Of a stretch of DNA of 64,000 bases, positions 27,769-41,158 are shown piece after piece. Where the stretch lies: positions 48,856,001-48,920,000 of the forward strand of contig OX597832.1 in the NCBI GenBank assembly GCA_951406725.2. Reading direction: 5' to 3'. This stretch comes from Octopus vulgaris (Eukaryota). The translations under genes were made by a program, and so were the position numbers. Each line of letters begins with the position of its first letter. Position 1 is the first letter of the stretch. Below the pieces are notes generated by a model. It had not been told where the DNA came from and made no database searches. It saw nothing but the letters and a program-made list of their open reading frames with translations.

Positions 27769-27800
27769 AGGGCATACTCACAGACACAAACTTATATGTA

Positions 27801-27842
<42 letters not shown>

Positions 27843-27848
27843 TACATG

Positions 27849-27881
<33 letters not shown>

Positions 27882-28040
27882 TTATCTTTCCATCATTTCG
27901 GGATGGATAAAATTAATACAGATGGAGCACCGAGGTCGATGTAATCGACTTACTTCCTACCCCAGACTTGATGGCCTTGTACTAAATTGGGAAATTTATA
28001 TACATATATATATATACACACACACACACGCACACACACG

Positions 28041-28075
<35 letters not shown>

Positions 28076-28263
28076 CTAATGTAGGATAACAATTTTCGAA
28101 AAAATCTTTATCAATGGCCAGCATATTACAAAATACCTTTAAAGGTTAAATTTATAAACAATTTATTAGTAAGAGCAAAAGAAAAAATTTCTAATGCCAA
28201 AATATGCCGAAAATAGACATAACGTCAATAACCATGTAATATGTCAATAACCATGTCAATAAC

Positions 28264-28365
28264 CAAGCACGTGTTTCGAAGAAAGCCGACAGAAATTTCT
28301 AAAAAATACCGTTATTACCATATCGGACCCGAGTTAGTTCATAAGAACCTTCCCTTCATCAGTGA
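28264..28365 (-). ncRNA. Decayed hammerhead with long stem II
   Basis: Minus: tca CTGATGAA gggaagg...ctttcttc GAAA cacgtg ct tgg; palindromic stem III but U16.1 mutated. Confidence 0.4.
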
Positions 28366-28535
28366 TAAATGCGGCAAAGAAATAAGTGAAATACTTACTT
28401 TTACCCATGGAAGTAGTGAACACTAAGTCATGAGCACAATTAAGTACCCCAAATATATGCAAAATAGAAACTCTCTAGCCCATCTCGAGACACGTGCGAT
28501 TCGAACTAAAAACTCTCGGAAAGAAATGATAAAGG

Positions 28536-28570
28536 ATTTCACGTTTCGTGCGGAGCTCTTCGTCAGAAAT
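28536..28570 (-). ncRNA. P1-related hammerhead motif (likely inactivated)
   Basis: Minus: attt CTGACGAA gagc-tcc-gcac GAAA cg TG aaat; canonical CUGACGA plus extra A; GUG triplet. Confidence 0.6.
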
Positions 28571-28700
28571 ATAGAAAAGGTTCAAAGAAGGGAAGACAGA
28601 GAAAGAAAATCGCCAACGATACACGAGCGGTCCCACACACACACGCACGCACACACGCACACACACACACACATACACACTCTCTCTCACACACACACAT

Positions 28701-28732
<32 letters not shown>

Positions 28733-29404
28733 GTATATTTGTGTGTGTATGATTGTATGTATAAATAATGTGTGTGTGTGTGTGTCGACTCACATATATG
28801 TGTTCTACAGTATCTTCTGGCTATTTTGACAAAATAAAATTGCCCGAAACGTCGATATATTTACATTCTTTTAGAGCATAATGCATTGGCATTTTATCTT
28901 GCGTTCATCATTTATCGCTCATTGATTTCTTTTTTTTTTTTGTTTTATTGCGCATAATCTGCCTTCTAGTTACGGTTAATATTCTCTTCTTTCTCTCACA
29001 TATTATTTGTTGTGTTTGTGTTATGTCTAGGCACTGATGAATACAACTCTTACAAACCTTTCATACCAGTCTTTTGTCCAAATATTTTGGTTAGCCATTG
29101 TTAAGTTTCAAACAAACCATTTTTCTTATGTCGTGTCATGCTGGATATTGACTGCGAAGCGGTTTTCATTTCGTTTTCACTTCGTTCATTAATTAATATC
29201 AGCATTTCTACTTTCAATTTGATGCTATTCATTGAATTGTTTTAATAATAATCGAAATATTTTCCCTTCCGTCCACATTCTGTTGTTTCCTCGTACAGCG
29301 AAAAAAAAAAAAATCATAACTTTTGTTTTATTTCAACTCTTCGTTTTCCTTTCTCTTTTCTTATTCTTGCTTCTGAATATTATTTCATTCTAACTACTGG
29401 GAAT

Positions 29405-29806
29405 ACTCTTTTACTCTTTACTCTTTTACTTGTTTCAGTCATTTGACTGCGGCCATGGTGGAGCACCACCTTTAATCGAGCAAATTGACCCCGGGACTTA
29501 TTCTTTTGTAAGCCCAGTACTTATTCTATCGGTCTCTTTTGCCGAACCACTAAGTAACGGGGACATAAACACACCAGCATCGGTTGTCAAGCAATGCTAG
29601 GGGGCAAACACAGACACACAAACACACACATGCATATATATATACGACGGACTTCTTTCAGTTTCCGTCTACCAAATCCACTCACAAAGCTTTGGTCGGC
29701 CGAGGCTATAGTAGAAGACACTTGCCCAAGGTGCCACGCAGTGGGACTGAACCCGGAACCATGTGGTTGGTAAACAAGCTACTTACCACACAGCCACTCC
29801 TGTGCC
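29405..29806 (-). mobile_element. SINE family A
   Basis: Full-length match to family A. Confidence 0.92.
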
Positions 29807-29829
29807 TATTGCTAAAGCTCTCCTTTTCA

Positions 29830-30103
29830 TGACTAGTAGTGAGGTTATCTGGCTCACGTTGATTCCTTAAGCGAGACACTTTATTTCACATTGCTGCTGT
29901 ACAATCAGCTGGCATAAATGAGATATACATGTTGTTCAAGGAGTCAACCGTGCCACACTCAGTCACACCAAATCTCCTTGAGAACTGCGTTAAGTGTACA
30001 CTTGCCTGTGCAGGGTTCAGCCACTTGCACGTTAAGTTCACGAGCAGGCCGTTCCGTTGCACTAACCCACGGGAACTCTCATCCTCGTAATTGATGGAGT
30101 ACC
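29830..30103 (+). mobile_element. Decayed SINE family D, tail a
   Basis: gacactttatttcacattgc...gagaactgcgttaag...ccacttgcacgttaa matches 10363-10685. Confidence 0.75.
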
Positions 30104-31370
30104 ATGCTTTTTTTTCTTCAGATATATCTTACCTGGTGCAGCACGAAGCTTTGTCAGTGAACAGGTCGCGGTCTCAAAGCAACGAACATATTTTGATAAA
30201 TTAAATTTAAATGTTTTAGTGAATCTAACGGGTTTGTGTGTTTCTTAAATGGCTTATAAACACCTTCCACGCAGCAATTGTTTTTGTTCCAGCACACGAT
30301 CTCAGATCAAGTCACTCGCTATATCTTATCTATTTTAGATTAACAATTATGAGTAACGGCTATGGGAAATAATTACGCTGTCGGTATTTTCTTGCCCCAG
30401 TGAAAAACTGTTTGTCTGGTCAGCGCTGATCGGCCGAACCAACGATCATTGGCAGTGCAAAGGGTATTATCCTTTTGTGTTTTTTTCTAGCCGCAGTGTA
30501 TCTAAGATAACATTATCCAATGTGTGTGCGTGTTTTTTTTTAAAGAAGAGATTGTGATTATAGAAAGATCTGAATGCTATATCTAGCCATATGAACGACT
30601 GCATAGAGGCTCTTTCGTTGACTCGTTTTTATATTGTGCAAATTCATCCGCTTCTTAAACCTTTCAAACCAACCTTTACTAGCCAAATGTGGTTTTTCAT
30701 TAGAAACGTCACCTTCCTTTTTCTGAAACTCGTCATATAAACTTTTTTTCTTTTAATTATCATCAGGTCTATCAGCACGTTACGCCGATTCTATTCTCAG
30801 TCCATATACTCAAGAATCGATCCGTTTTAAGCATTATATTAGATCTATGGTAAAATAAGGTCCATACAGTTCAATTAACGGAGTATCTTCTTGAGCACTT
30901 GACATAATGTTCTATCTCCTTGTTGTCACGTATCGTTCCCGCTGTAGACGTTGCGGGATTCAATATTTTTCACGGATTAGGTTTTTGCTTTCGTTTCGAA
31001 AACATCGTTTAATATCCAGTGTAATTCCTTTAAGGTTCCTTTGCGAATTATTGCTTTCATTTCTACTTCATAGCTTCTTCCCAATCAGATTAACTTGAAG
31101 GTAAATCCACCAGCAGCAGCAGCAGCAGCGGTGATTAGTTATTCACAACAAATATGTACTGACAATAAATTGGCCCACGAAAGATATGTTTTGTGAGAAT
31201 GGAAAATTGTCTTCTACTAATGTAGAAGTAATAATGAAAATGAGATGATAAGGTGAAGTGACGAAGAGAAAGTACTATATGATTATATTTAACTGAAGAT
31301 TTTATGAGCAATTCTCCCCTTGCACTTTTGACTTAAGGTAGGCACGTGCGTGCAAATACACACACACACA

Positions 31371-31403
<33 letters not shown>

Positions 31404-31667
31404 GCTTTCTCTTTCTCTCTCTCTCCCTTTCTCTCTCTCTCCCTTTCTCTTTCTCTCTCTCTCATACACACAGAGACTGATACAATCACATATAGCAATA
31501 TTTCTTTTTTTACTTCGAGATATATATATTAGTTTCACATTAAACTAAAGTATTACTCAGGAAACTTTTCTAGACTATATATTTATTAACCTTTGACAAT
31601 AATATTAATAAACTTTGGTTCAGTTAAGCAGGAGAAAACTGCGAAGACAATGTCAACACCATTTTTG

Positions 31668-31719
<52 letters not shown>

Positions 31720-31720
<1 letters not shown>

Positions 31721-31906
31721 GCTCAGAATTTCGTCTGCCGTTACGTTCCGAGTTCAAATTCCATCGAGATAGACTTTGCCTTTCATCCTTTCGGGGTCGA
31801 TAGATAAAGTACCTGTTAGACACTGGGGTCGATGTAATCGTCTTAATCCCTTTGTCTGTCCTTGTTTTGTCCCCTATATGTTTAGCCCCTTGTGTGCAAT
31901 AAAGAA
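31720..31906 (+). mobile_element. SINE family B, 5'-truncated
   Basis: B box, Nin-like core and tail 1. Confidence 0.85.
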
Positions 31907-32285
31907 ATATATATATATAATGACAGCAAAAGAATGAAACCTCAATATTAGGTAAGTAGAGGAATGTATATATGTATAGTTTCGGACAATCACTAAGTTT
32001 TCATAATAAAACTCAGAGTTTTAAATCCCGGATCTAAGAGCTACCATGTATTCTCATCGGCTATTATAACAATAGACGCTATAAAAAAACTGTTGAATAA
32101 AAGAGAAGTTACTCTAAGAGGTTGGAAAAAATATAAAAAGATAAAAAATACACACTACCATATTCTCATAATGCATAGACATAAAAACCTCCTGCGTTCA
32201 TAACGTCTACATACGTACACACTCACACAAACATGTATATGAACATGTCGATACACACACATATATATATACACAAACAGAAGCA

Positions 32286-32335
<50 letters not shown>

Positions 32336-32629
32336 CGCAGACACACGCACGCACACACATAATGGACTAAATGATGCGTTGTATTGTTCATCAAGGCACT
32401 TCATATGACGTTGCTCTACGACCCTTTTCATATCTGACGCGTTGCACACTTGTGCACCTCTTCAGGCAATGTCGATTTCCTGTGAGTGTCCTAATGTACA
32501 GCATGCAGTTTTGATCACTTTAAACAAATCATATATGCAGGACGTTCAGCAAAAACTGAGCATTCATATGCCGCCTTCGACGGGAGATTCCATTATATAT
32601 GCATGTGTATGTGTGTGTATACGTGTGTT

Positions 32630-32714
<85 letters not shown>

Positions 32715-33777
32715 GAGAGCGAGGAGAGAGATTTAGATTTATAATTGTATTTCTAGCACACACTTTAAACTTTATTATTAGTCCAACAATATTATTAACA
32801 TAACTCGATTTTAATTTTCGGGGCGTTGCTTGCATCTAGGTTTCTCAGTTTCATTTACTTCTAATTAATTTTCTTCGAAATCTTTGATTCCAGTATCTAA
32901 AAATAAGTCGCTACTTTAACTTTTAATTAATTGGTATTTCTTTGAATAGCTTTTTCACATTCGTCTAATTACATAGAGACGTCAGCATCAACATTCAATT
33001 CATGTAAAGTCAGTATGCAACGCCTTCAGAAATTGTCTGTCCACCATACCTTTATTCATTAGCTCTCCGATACAAAAGAATTCGTTAACGTATTCAGACA
33101 CAACTACATACAAAAGCAACGACGAAGTCTACACTTCCTGATGCTTTTTTCCTTTGGGGAATAAGGTTTCTTCTTTTTTATCTCGTATGTATCGTTTAAT
33201 GTATATTAACGTTTCGAGTGGATTATTTACCGTTATTCGGATAGTCTTTAATATCTAAGAAATAAGGTTTCTTATTATTACCTCGTACGTATCGTTTAAT
33301 GTGTATTAAAGTTTCGGAAGGATTCTTTACCATTATTCGGATAACATTAAGTATATATGCATAGTTTTTGATATCTAAAAATGTTCCACGTTGTCAGAAT
33401 CAAACCATCAGTAATTAATCGGCACTACTCTGAAAATTTTAACGCTTTTTCTGTTCGTGTTTAGAACAACAATATCTTTTAAATGTGACCAATCGATATT
33501 ATATTGCAAACACATACTTTCTGATAAACGTTCAGCGCTTCAGCTAAAATGCTAATATTTTCTGGGTAAGCAAATAAACCAATAATATACGAGGTGGTAT
33601 CAAAGAGTTCCCGGACTACTTATGTTTAATAAAAAAAATAACCTATTTACTCTTTACTCTTTTACTTGTTTCAGTCATTTGATTGTGGCCATGCTGGAGC
33701 ACCGCCTGTAGTCGAGCAAATCGACCCCAGGACTTAATTTTTGTAAGCTTATTCTATTGGTCTTTTTTGCCGAACCG

Positions 33778-33825
<48 letters not shown>

Positions 33826-33828
<3 letters not shown>

Positions 33829-34012
33829 TGATTAAAACAAAACAGAGAAAAAAGTCGAAAAAGAAAACAACAACGCGAGATGCAAAGTATTAATAAAAAG
33901 CTCAAAGAAGGAAAGAGTGTTTGTTTTACGTTTCGAGCATAGCTCTTCTTCGGAAAAGGGAGACATAGGAAAGCTCAAAAGAAAAGGAAAGAGGAAAAAA
34001 ACCACCATCAGT
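33826..34012 (-). mobile_element. P1-related element with hammerhead motif at 33924-33956
   Basis: Minus: ttt CCGAAGAA gagc-tat-gctc GAAA cg TA aaa; abuts (TA)n. Confidence 0.6.
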
Positions 34013-34206
34013 CCAAGTGCTCTTACAAGCTGTATCGGCCTTTGACTTTCCCTTGGATAATATCAGTGGTGTGGAGAGCGGAAGCTGGTATGCGTGGGCG
34101 ACTCCTGGCCTTCCCATAAACAACCTTACTCGGACTTGTGCCACGGAGGATAACATTCTAGGTGCAATCCCATAGTCATTGATGATCGAAGGGGGTCTCC
34201 TGCTCC

Positions 34207-34271
<65 letters not shown>

Positions 34272-34272
<1 letters not shown>

Positions 34273-34574
34273 AAATTTAAATAACGAATTGAATCTTTAA
34301 TTAATATCAATTTAAAAACAGTAGCGTAGCATATAGAAATATCTGAAAATTCAGAAAAAAATTGTAATACATGCGTATATTTAGGGATAACCACTAAGTG
34401 GACATCCAATATGCTAGAAGAAGATCACATACAATCTAACTACAAAGGAAAGAATGTTCTCTAGAGAAATTCAGCTGAATTTCTCTAGAGAACATTCTTT
34501 CCTTTGTAGTTAGATCGTATGTGATCTTCTTCTAGCATATTGGATGTCCACTTAGTGGTTATCCCTAAATATAC

Positions 34575-34578
<4 letters not shown>
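34272..34578. mobile_element. Family P4 fragment forming a 208-bp loop-less palindrome (34371-34578)
   Basis: Dyad at 34474/34475 (cagctg), two mismatches; homologous to 61875-62630 and 59212-59365. Confidence 0.9.
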
Positions 34579-34636
<58 letters not shown>

Positions 34637-35700
34637 AGAGAGAAGGAGTGAGAGAGAGAGAGAGAGAAAATTTAACATTTCTATTTAAAGCACCTTTTCC
34701 TTGAAATGCTTTAAAAACTGCTTGGTTATCATTTTTATCATCTCGGTATTCTCATTTACTGCTGCTGTTACCCTTGCCAACATCATCATCGTCATCGTTA
34801 TCATCATCATCGCTGTACACTGTCGTCTTCGTCAGAATTATCATCACCATCATCATTTCTGTGGTAATCAGCAACATGGCGGTTGTTAACGTCATCGACT
34901 TCATCGTCATCATTGTCGCTGTTACGTTCTTATCTTGAGGGAGTTTCTGAAAATAAATAAGAGAATAGATAAATAAATAAATAACCGCCTTCAAAAAGCT
35001 TCAAACAAAATACACAAAGATTAAAACGTGGAAAAACGGAGAGAAAAAAAAGTAACATATTTCTCCATTAATTTTTAATGTATCCATCTTTAACAAAACA
35101 AATATCGCTTTTGTTAATGCATGTTCTGTTTATCTCCCCTGGCGATTCAACTACGATATGTCAAGACACCTTAGATGGAAAGCCTGAGTTGTTCTCAAGA
35201 TTTGCTCTCTGTGGTATATACACTTGTCATACATGCAAAAGTAAATATTGAAATATTACACAAACATACGACGAACAAATATATCATTTGTTGTTGCTTA
35301 TTGTTGGCGACGGGGTGGGTGGTCTTACGGCTCGCGAGTGATGGAAGGCATAGAGATTGAGGAGGGGGAGCAGGAGAAGGTGGTGGTGGTATTGTGTTGT
35401 GCCCTGGTTACTGTTTGTCACCGTGATGGAATCGCGAAACTGCCGGCGTCCGGATTTTAAATCAGAACCAAGGCGAGGTGTGACGGGATCAATTGAGCTA
35501 ATGTCTTTACCACGAAACATTATGCGTTAAACATAGATATACACAATCATACGCACGCACACACGTGCACACATATATGCCCGGAAATGTATGTACATAA
35601 GTACATGTATATGTGCACATATATATATATATATATGTATATGTATATATATATCTATATTTATATATATATATGAATTTATATATATATTAATGTACAT

Positions 35701-35750
<50 letters not shown>

Positions 35751-35754
<4 letters not shown>

Positions 35755-35965
35755 GGGCCCTTTTAGAGCCTTTCCCGGTTTCTATGGCGTATGTGTTCCC
35801 CAGCTGGACGGGATGCCAGTCCATCGCAGCGTTACTCATTTTTGCCGGCTGAGTGGACTGGAGCAAAGTGAAATGAAGTGTTTTGCTCAAGAACACAACA
35901 CCTCGCCCGGTCCATGAATCGAAACCACAATCAACTCACACAATAACCACTAAGCCACGCGCCTC

Positions 35966-35966
<1 letters not shown>
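35751..35966 (-). mobile_element. SINE family D, tail b
   Basis: Matches 52917-53188 (gcgatggactggcatcccgtccagctgggg...gaaaccggg). Confidence 0.85.
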
Positions 35967-36038
<72 letters not shown>

Positions 36039-36336
36039 CACACATATATACTTATAGATATATGCATACATACATACACACACACACACTGGAATACTCA
36101 CGTGAAATATGTACATTCAGCCATTTTTTGTTAAAACTGGAAAATCTATCAAGAGGTCTGAACACAAGCGATTTCTAAAGCTAAAATAATTATATAAATA
36201 AAAATAATGAGAAAATGAGATAACCTGAATAGATCACATGCGCGTAAAGTCACATAGATTTCTTTTCCTGTATTTCAACAGATATCCGAATACATTTTGC
36301 ATTGGGTGTCAAACGGAAAGACAGACATGTTTGAAT

Positions 36337-36370
<34 letters not shown>

Positions 36371-36373
36371 ATG

Positions 36374-36601
36374 ATTCTTTATTGCCCACAAGGGGCTAAA
36401 CATAGAGTAGACAAACAAGAACAGACCAAGGGATTAAGTCGATTACATCGACTCCAGTGCGTAACTGGTACTTTATTTATCGACCCCGAAAGGATGAAAG
36501 GCAAAGTCGACCTCGGCGGAATTTTAACTCAGAACGTAAAGACAGACGAAATACTCCTAAGCATTTCACCTGGCATGCTAACGTTTCTGCCAGCTCGCCG
36601 C

Positions 36602-36602
<1 letters not shown>
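36374..36602 (-). mobile_element. SINE family B monomer
   Basis: Reverse complement of the 19073 copy. Confidence 0.9.
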
Positions 36603-36689
<87 letters not shown>

Positions 36690-36736
36690 AACGTATATAT
36701 ACACATACACAGACACACACACATATATATATATAT

Positions 36737-37510
36737 AGGGAATAGTGGCACAACAAGATAACTATTTTTGCTGGAAATAGCAGTCGACGATAGCTAAAAC
36801 TTCACTGAATATATATAGGCAAGGATGTGTGCGGGCGGCGAATATAAAAAAAAATTGTCTTACCCCTTGGAAGAACATCAGAGAAATGGACAACCTAGTA
36901 CTCGAGTTTCGAACTTTTCAGAATACGTTTGTTAACGTAAAACTGATTTGTCTTCGTCAGCTAGTTCTACCGAAGGGACAAAATTTAGAATATCCGTACA
37001 TCAATGCCTGTATACTCGGTAAATAGCCCCTGCGATAAACAGAACCAAGATCAGTGAAGCTTTGCCTAGCATCGAATGGTTATGATTGCTATTTCCAGCA
37101 AAAATTGGTACCTTGTGTTTTTATCTCCTATTTATAATTCTACATTTGCGGTGCTTTATTTCGCTGGAAAACAATATTATTGTATTGTAATAATATTTAT
37201 ATTTTTATATAAAACTTTTACACTGATCTCGGTTCTATTTTTGGCTGAGGCTATTGGCCGAGTATACAAACATTGATGTAGCAGATATTCTAAATTTAGT
37301 CTTTTCGGCAGACCTAGCTGACGAGGACCAATCAGGCTTTGCTTCTATACATACAATGAAGTTTTACGTAGCGCCGAATGGTCACCGACTGCTATTTCCA
37401 GCAAAAATTGGTACCTTGTTGTTCCAATAATTCCTATTTATAATTCTACATTTACGCTGCTTTATTTCGCTGGAAAAAATATTATTCTATTGTAATAATA
37501 TTTATATGTA
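36737..37510. mobile_element. Family P5: inverted copy (36737-37056, minus) abutting a partial tandem (37050-37510, plus)
   Basis: tgctatttccagcaaaaa occurs twice on plus and once on minus; ccgagtatac...ctagctgacga occurs in both orientations. Confidence 0.85.
36895..36964 (-). ncRNA. Type I hammerhead motif with extended stem II
   Basis: Minus: ctag CTGACGAA ga...tcag..tacgtt-aaca-aacgta..ctga...tc GAAA ctcgag TA ctag. Confidence 0.75.
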
Positions 37511-37712
37511 GTTCATTGATGAGATCCAAATATTCTCCGTTGAGTATACACTTTGTAAGTACTGAAGAGATTTATACAAGTTCGGGTGTAAAAGCAAATA
37601 TAGGAATAAGCAAACTAGACAGATCAATATATAAGGTATATATGTATTTCGCGTATTTAAAATGCTTTACATATTCAGCTGTTTAATTTGCTTATCCTCA
37701 CATTTGCTTATA

Positions 37713-37929
37713 CAGTAATCCCTCGACTATCGCGGGTTTTACCTTCAAAGACCCCATTCGATAGCTGAAAATCTGCAAAGTAGAAACAGTACTGTTTATT
37801 TTTTCAATCATTTATATAATTTGTATATATTTATTTTAGTATTTTATTATAAATGCAAAACAACAATACAGAGGAATCGACGTAAGTTTAAATAATCGCG
37901 ATAGGTGAACCGCGATATGGCGAGAGAAT

Positions 37930-37933
<4 letters not shown>
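37713..37933. mobile_element. Tigger/pogo-like MITE
   Basis: TA-CAGTAATCCCTCGACTATCGCG ... CGCGATATGGCGAGAGAATATTG-TA. Confidence 0.75.
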
Positions 37934-37960
<27 letters not shown>

Positions 37961-37970
<10 letters not shown>

Positions 37971-38250
37971 CACATGACCGACCAGACCATCAGATGTTGC
38001 TACACATCGCTGGTCACAATGCGTTCGCATTGTTTTAGCCTTCGAACGACGCCACCCCGCTGGCTAAGCGAGCAGGCCAACAGAAGAAAGTGAGAAAGAG
38101 TACAGCAGGGATCATCAACCCCTGCCGGAGCTTCGTGGATCTTTTAGGTGTTTTTGCTCAATAAACATACACAACGCCCGATATGGGAATCGAAACCGCG
38201 ATCCTACGACTGCGAGTCCGCTACCCTAACCACTGGGCCATTGTGCCTCC
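37961..38250 (-). mobile_element. SINE family C, tail 1
   Basis: Minus head ggaggcacaatggcccagtggttaggg...ggtttcgattccc; tail ends gtcatgtgaccacgtgat. Confidence 0.85.
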
Positions 38251-38294
38251 ATATATATATATATATATATATATGAGAAAAGAGAGATAGAGAG

Positions 38295-38332
<38 letters not shown>

Positions 38333-38347
38333 ACATATATACATATG

Positions 38348-38550
38348 TCGCCATGATAGAACGTTAGCCACTACACACATTTCTTTCTCTCCTTTTTTTC
38401 TCTCCATGTTTTTTCTGTGTCCCTTTCTGTAGAAGAGCGTAGGCTCGAAACGTAAAAGACTTCTTCTATTCCTGAGCGTTATACTAATACGTCTGTTTAT
38501 TTTGTACAGCACCTGTCTTCGTCTTTTGTTTTTTCCGTAAACTCTCCCTT
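38348..38550 (+). mobile_element. Family P1 element with hammerhead motif at 38423-38458
   Basis: cttt CTGTAGAA gagc-gtag-gctc GAAA cg TA aaag; microsatellite on both sides. Confidence 0.8.
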
Positions 38551-39112
38551 TATATATATATATATATATAAGGGAATTACAATGAATAGTGAGATTGACA
38601 CATCTGCATATCTTTTTTTCTCTTTTTTAATCTTTCAACTGTTTCAGTCATTAAACCGCAGCCATGCTGGGACTCCCCCTTGAAGGGTTTTAAACGAAGA
38701 AATCGACACCAGAACTTATTTTTTAAAACCCTGATACATATTGAAATGGTGCCTTTTTGCTAATTCGCTATGTTACCACAAAAATCTTGACGGTACTTTC
38801 GTTTAAGAGTTTAAAACACACTTTATATTATGTGCTTATCATTGAATTCACCTCACAGTCATTCAGGAAACCCACTCCAAAAAAAAGACATGGACTCAAT
38901 TCGGTATACTAGAGTGGAATACAGCAGTTTGACAACATCACATGACAAAGGCTACAATGGAGCCCCTATAGCCGGTCATTCATAGCAATAAATATCAAAC
39001 GACATGCTCTTTGATTTCGAGACAGTTTTTTTCGAAATCAGTGACGGAAGTTAGCGGGAAAAACAATAAGTATTTGCAAACAGGTCTCCCTTCATCGAAA
39101 ACCGGTAATTGC

Positions 39113-39310
39113 CGTAAGTTGACAAGAGGCAAATACCTCGAAACTGCAGTCCGTGCGTATCACTTAGGTTTACGAGAGAGGGATGATCTCCCTTTGAAAA
39201 TACCATAAGGGCACAGAAAGTGTGCCTAAAGCCAGCTGGAGACGATGATCTCCTGGGGCTAAAAGCTACAGTAACACCCACCTTTAGTGGTTAGCCATAT
39301 TGAGATGGCG
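39113..39310 (+). mobile_element. Diverged family P2 unit with U3:A8 hammerhead at 39113-39157
   Basis: cgtaag TTGACAA gagg-caaata-cctc GAAA ctgcag TC cgtgcg; downstream tgatctcccctttg and cctggggctaaa match 12760-12890. Confidence 0.75.
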
Positions 39311-39768
39311 AGTATACTTTACGTTGACATGTTCTTTGAATACCAGAAATATACGGGGCTAGGTTTAAATGATTATATCTCTTCCCAAGCCTTCCCTAAA
39401 ACAAACAAACTAACAAACAAAAAAGATTATGTGGCTTGGTGCCAATTGAAGGCACCATTAGCGTTGCTTCTGGAACAATTCCAGCAAGAAATCGAAACCG
39501 AACTGAGAAAAAACAGAAACATTATTTTCTCATATTTCTTTACCCCGTTCTCATAGGTTCACTTTATGTAAATGTTGCGGGAGTGTATAGTGTTGTATGG
39601 GAACGAGTAGGCGTATAGAACGGTGACAGTGAGTGTGTCTGTGAGACAGTGTGGTGTTTTTCAAGACAATATGTACGCCTGTCTATGTCAGTGACTGCGT
39701 GTGTGCGAGCGAGCAATGTCTGTGCTAGTATTTGCGTTTATAATATATATACATACGTACATACATAC

Positions 39769-39833
<65 letters not shown>

Positions 39834-40009
39834 GTATATATACACATATGCATACATATGATTATATGGATATGTACGTATTTATACAGATTTATATTCG
39901 TATATATTTGTATGTTTGTTCATATATACACGTGGAAAACTTGCACATATATATATCATACATACAAAAAAATGTATATACGCATATTATCTTCCTCTCT
40001 ACCTTACTC

Positions 40010-40385
40010 TCTTCGTCTTCTTCTTCTTCTTCTTCATCTTCTTCTTCTTCTCCTTGTTCTTCTCCTTGTTCTTCTCCTTGTTCTTCTTCTTCTTCTTCTT
40101 CTTCTTCTTCTTCTTCTTCTTCTTCTCCTTGTTCTTCTTCTTCTCCTTGTTCTTCTCGTTGTTCTTCTTCTTCTTCTTCTTCTTCTTCTTCTCCCCCTCC
40201 TCCTCTTCTTCTTCTTCTTCTTCTTCTTCTTCTTTCCTTGTTCTTCTCCTTCTCCTTGTTCTTCTCTTCTTCTTCTTCTTCTTCTTCTTCTTCTTCTTCT
40301 TCTTCTTCTTCTTCTTCTCCTCCTTCTTCTCCTCCTCCTCCTCTTCTTCTTCTTCTTCTTCTTCTTCTACTTCTTCTCCTCTCTC
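40010..40385. repeat. (TCT/CCT)n microsatellite
   Basis: Read directly; explains the 258-aa Glu-rich ORF. Confidence 0.98.
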
Positions 40386-40394
40386 CCACTTCTT

Positions 40395-40429
<35 letters not shown>

Positions 40430-40453
40430 ATACGTATGACTGTGTGTGTATAA

Positions 40454-40510
<57 letters not shown>

Positions 40511-41127
40511 GCGTACATACGTAAACCCGTACGCAAGCATACGTGTATATGTACACTGGAAATATCAGAGTAGACGTATTTACATAGGTGCGGTTGATTG
40601 TCAAGGAAAGACTTGAAGTATTTAAGTATAGATTTGTTGACATTATCGTCAAGAGCAATTAAATACAAATATTTCTATAATAGCTGCAGCTAGAATTATC
40701 CAACTTCTTCTCCTCGCCTGCTACGACTTACCTTTCACTTTATATCTCCAGCAGAAAGTTTATTATTAGGCAGCGAAGCAGTGCTGTGTGGAACGTTGGG
40801 TTTCAATGCAGAACAGAAATGTGTGTGTTTGCTTGTGTGTGTAAGTGTGTGTGTGTATGTGCGTGTGTGTGTGTATGTGTGTGTATGTGTTTTATGTTTA
40901 TAGGTATAGGCGTATGCACACGCGTACGGGTACGCATGCACGTAACGCTTTCATACGCAGTTACACACACGCATGCACAAGCATTTTACATGTCTACATG
41001 TAAGTATATATGTGTGTGTGTGTGTGTGTGTGAGTGCGTGTGGGTATGTATGTATGTATGTATGTATGTATATATATATATAAAATATATATATATATAT
41101 TATATATGTGTTATGCACATATATATG

Positions 41128-41158
<31 letters not shown>

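Noticed and set aside
33590-33617. Mariner-like TIR cgaggtggtatcaaagagttcccggact
   Set aside because: No partner TIR or transposase sequence found nearby.
39848-40668. 258-aa Glu/Arg-rich and overlapping Ser/Leu/Phe-rich ORFs
   Set aside because: Produced by a (TCT)n tract; no domain-like sequence.
40725-40795. Strong minus-strand donor AAG/GTAAGT with a nearby acceptor
   Set aside because: The implied ~52-nt exon has stops in all three frames; no support without transcripts.
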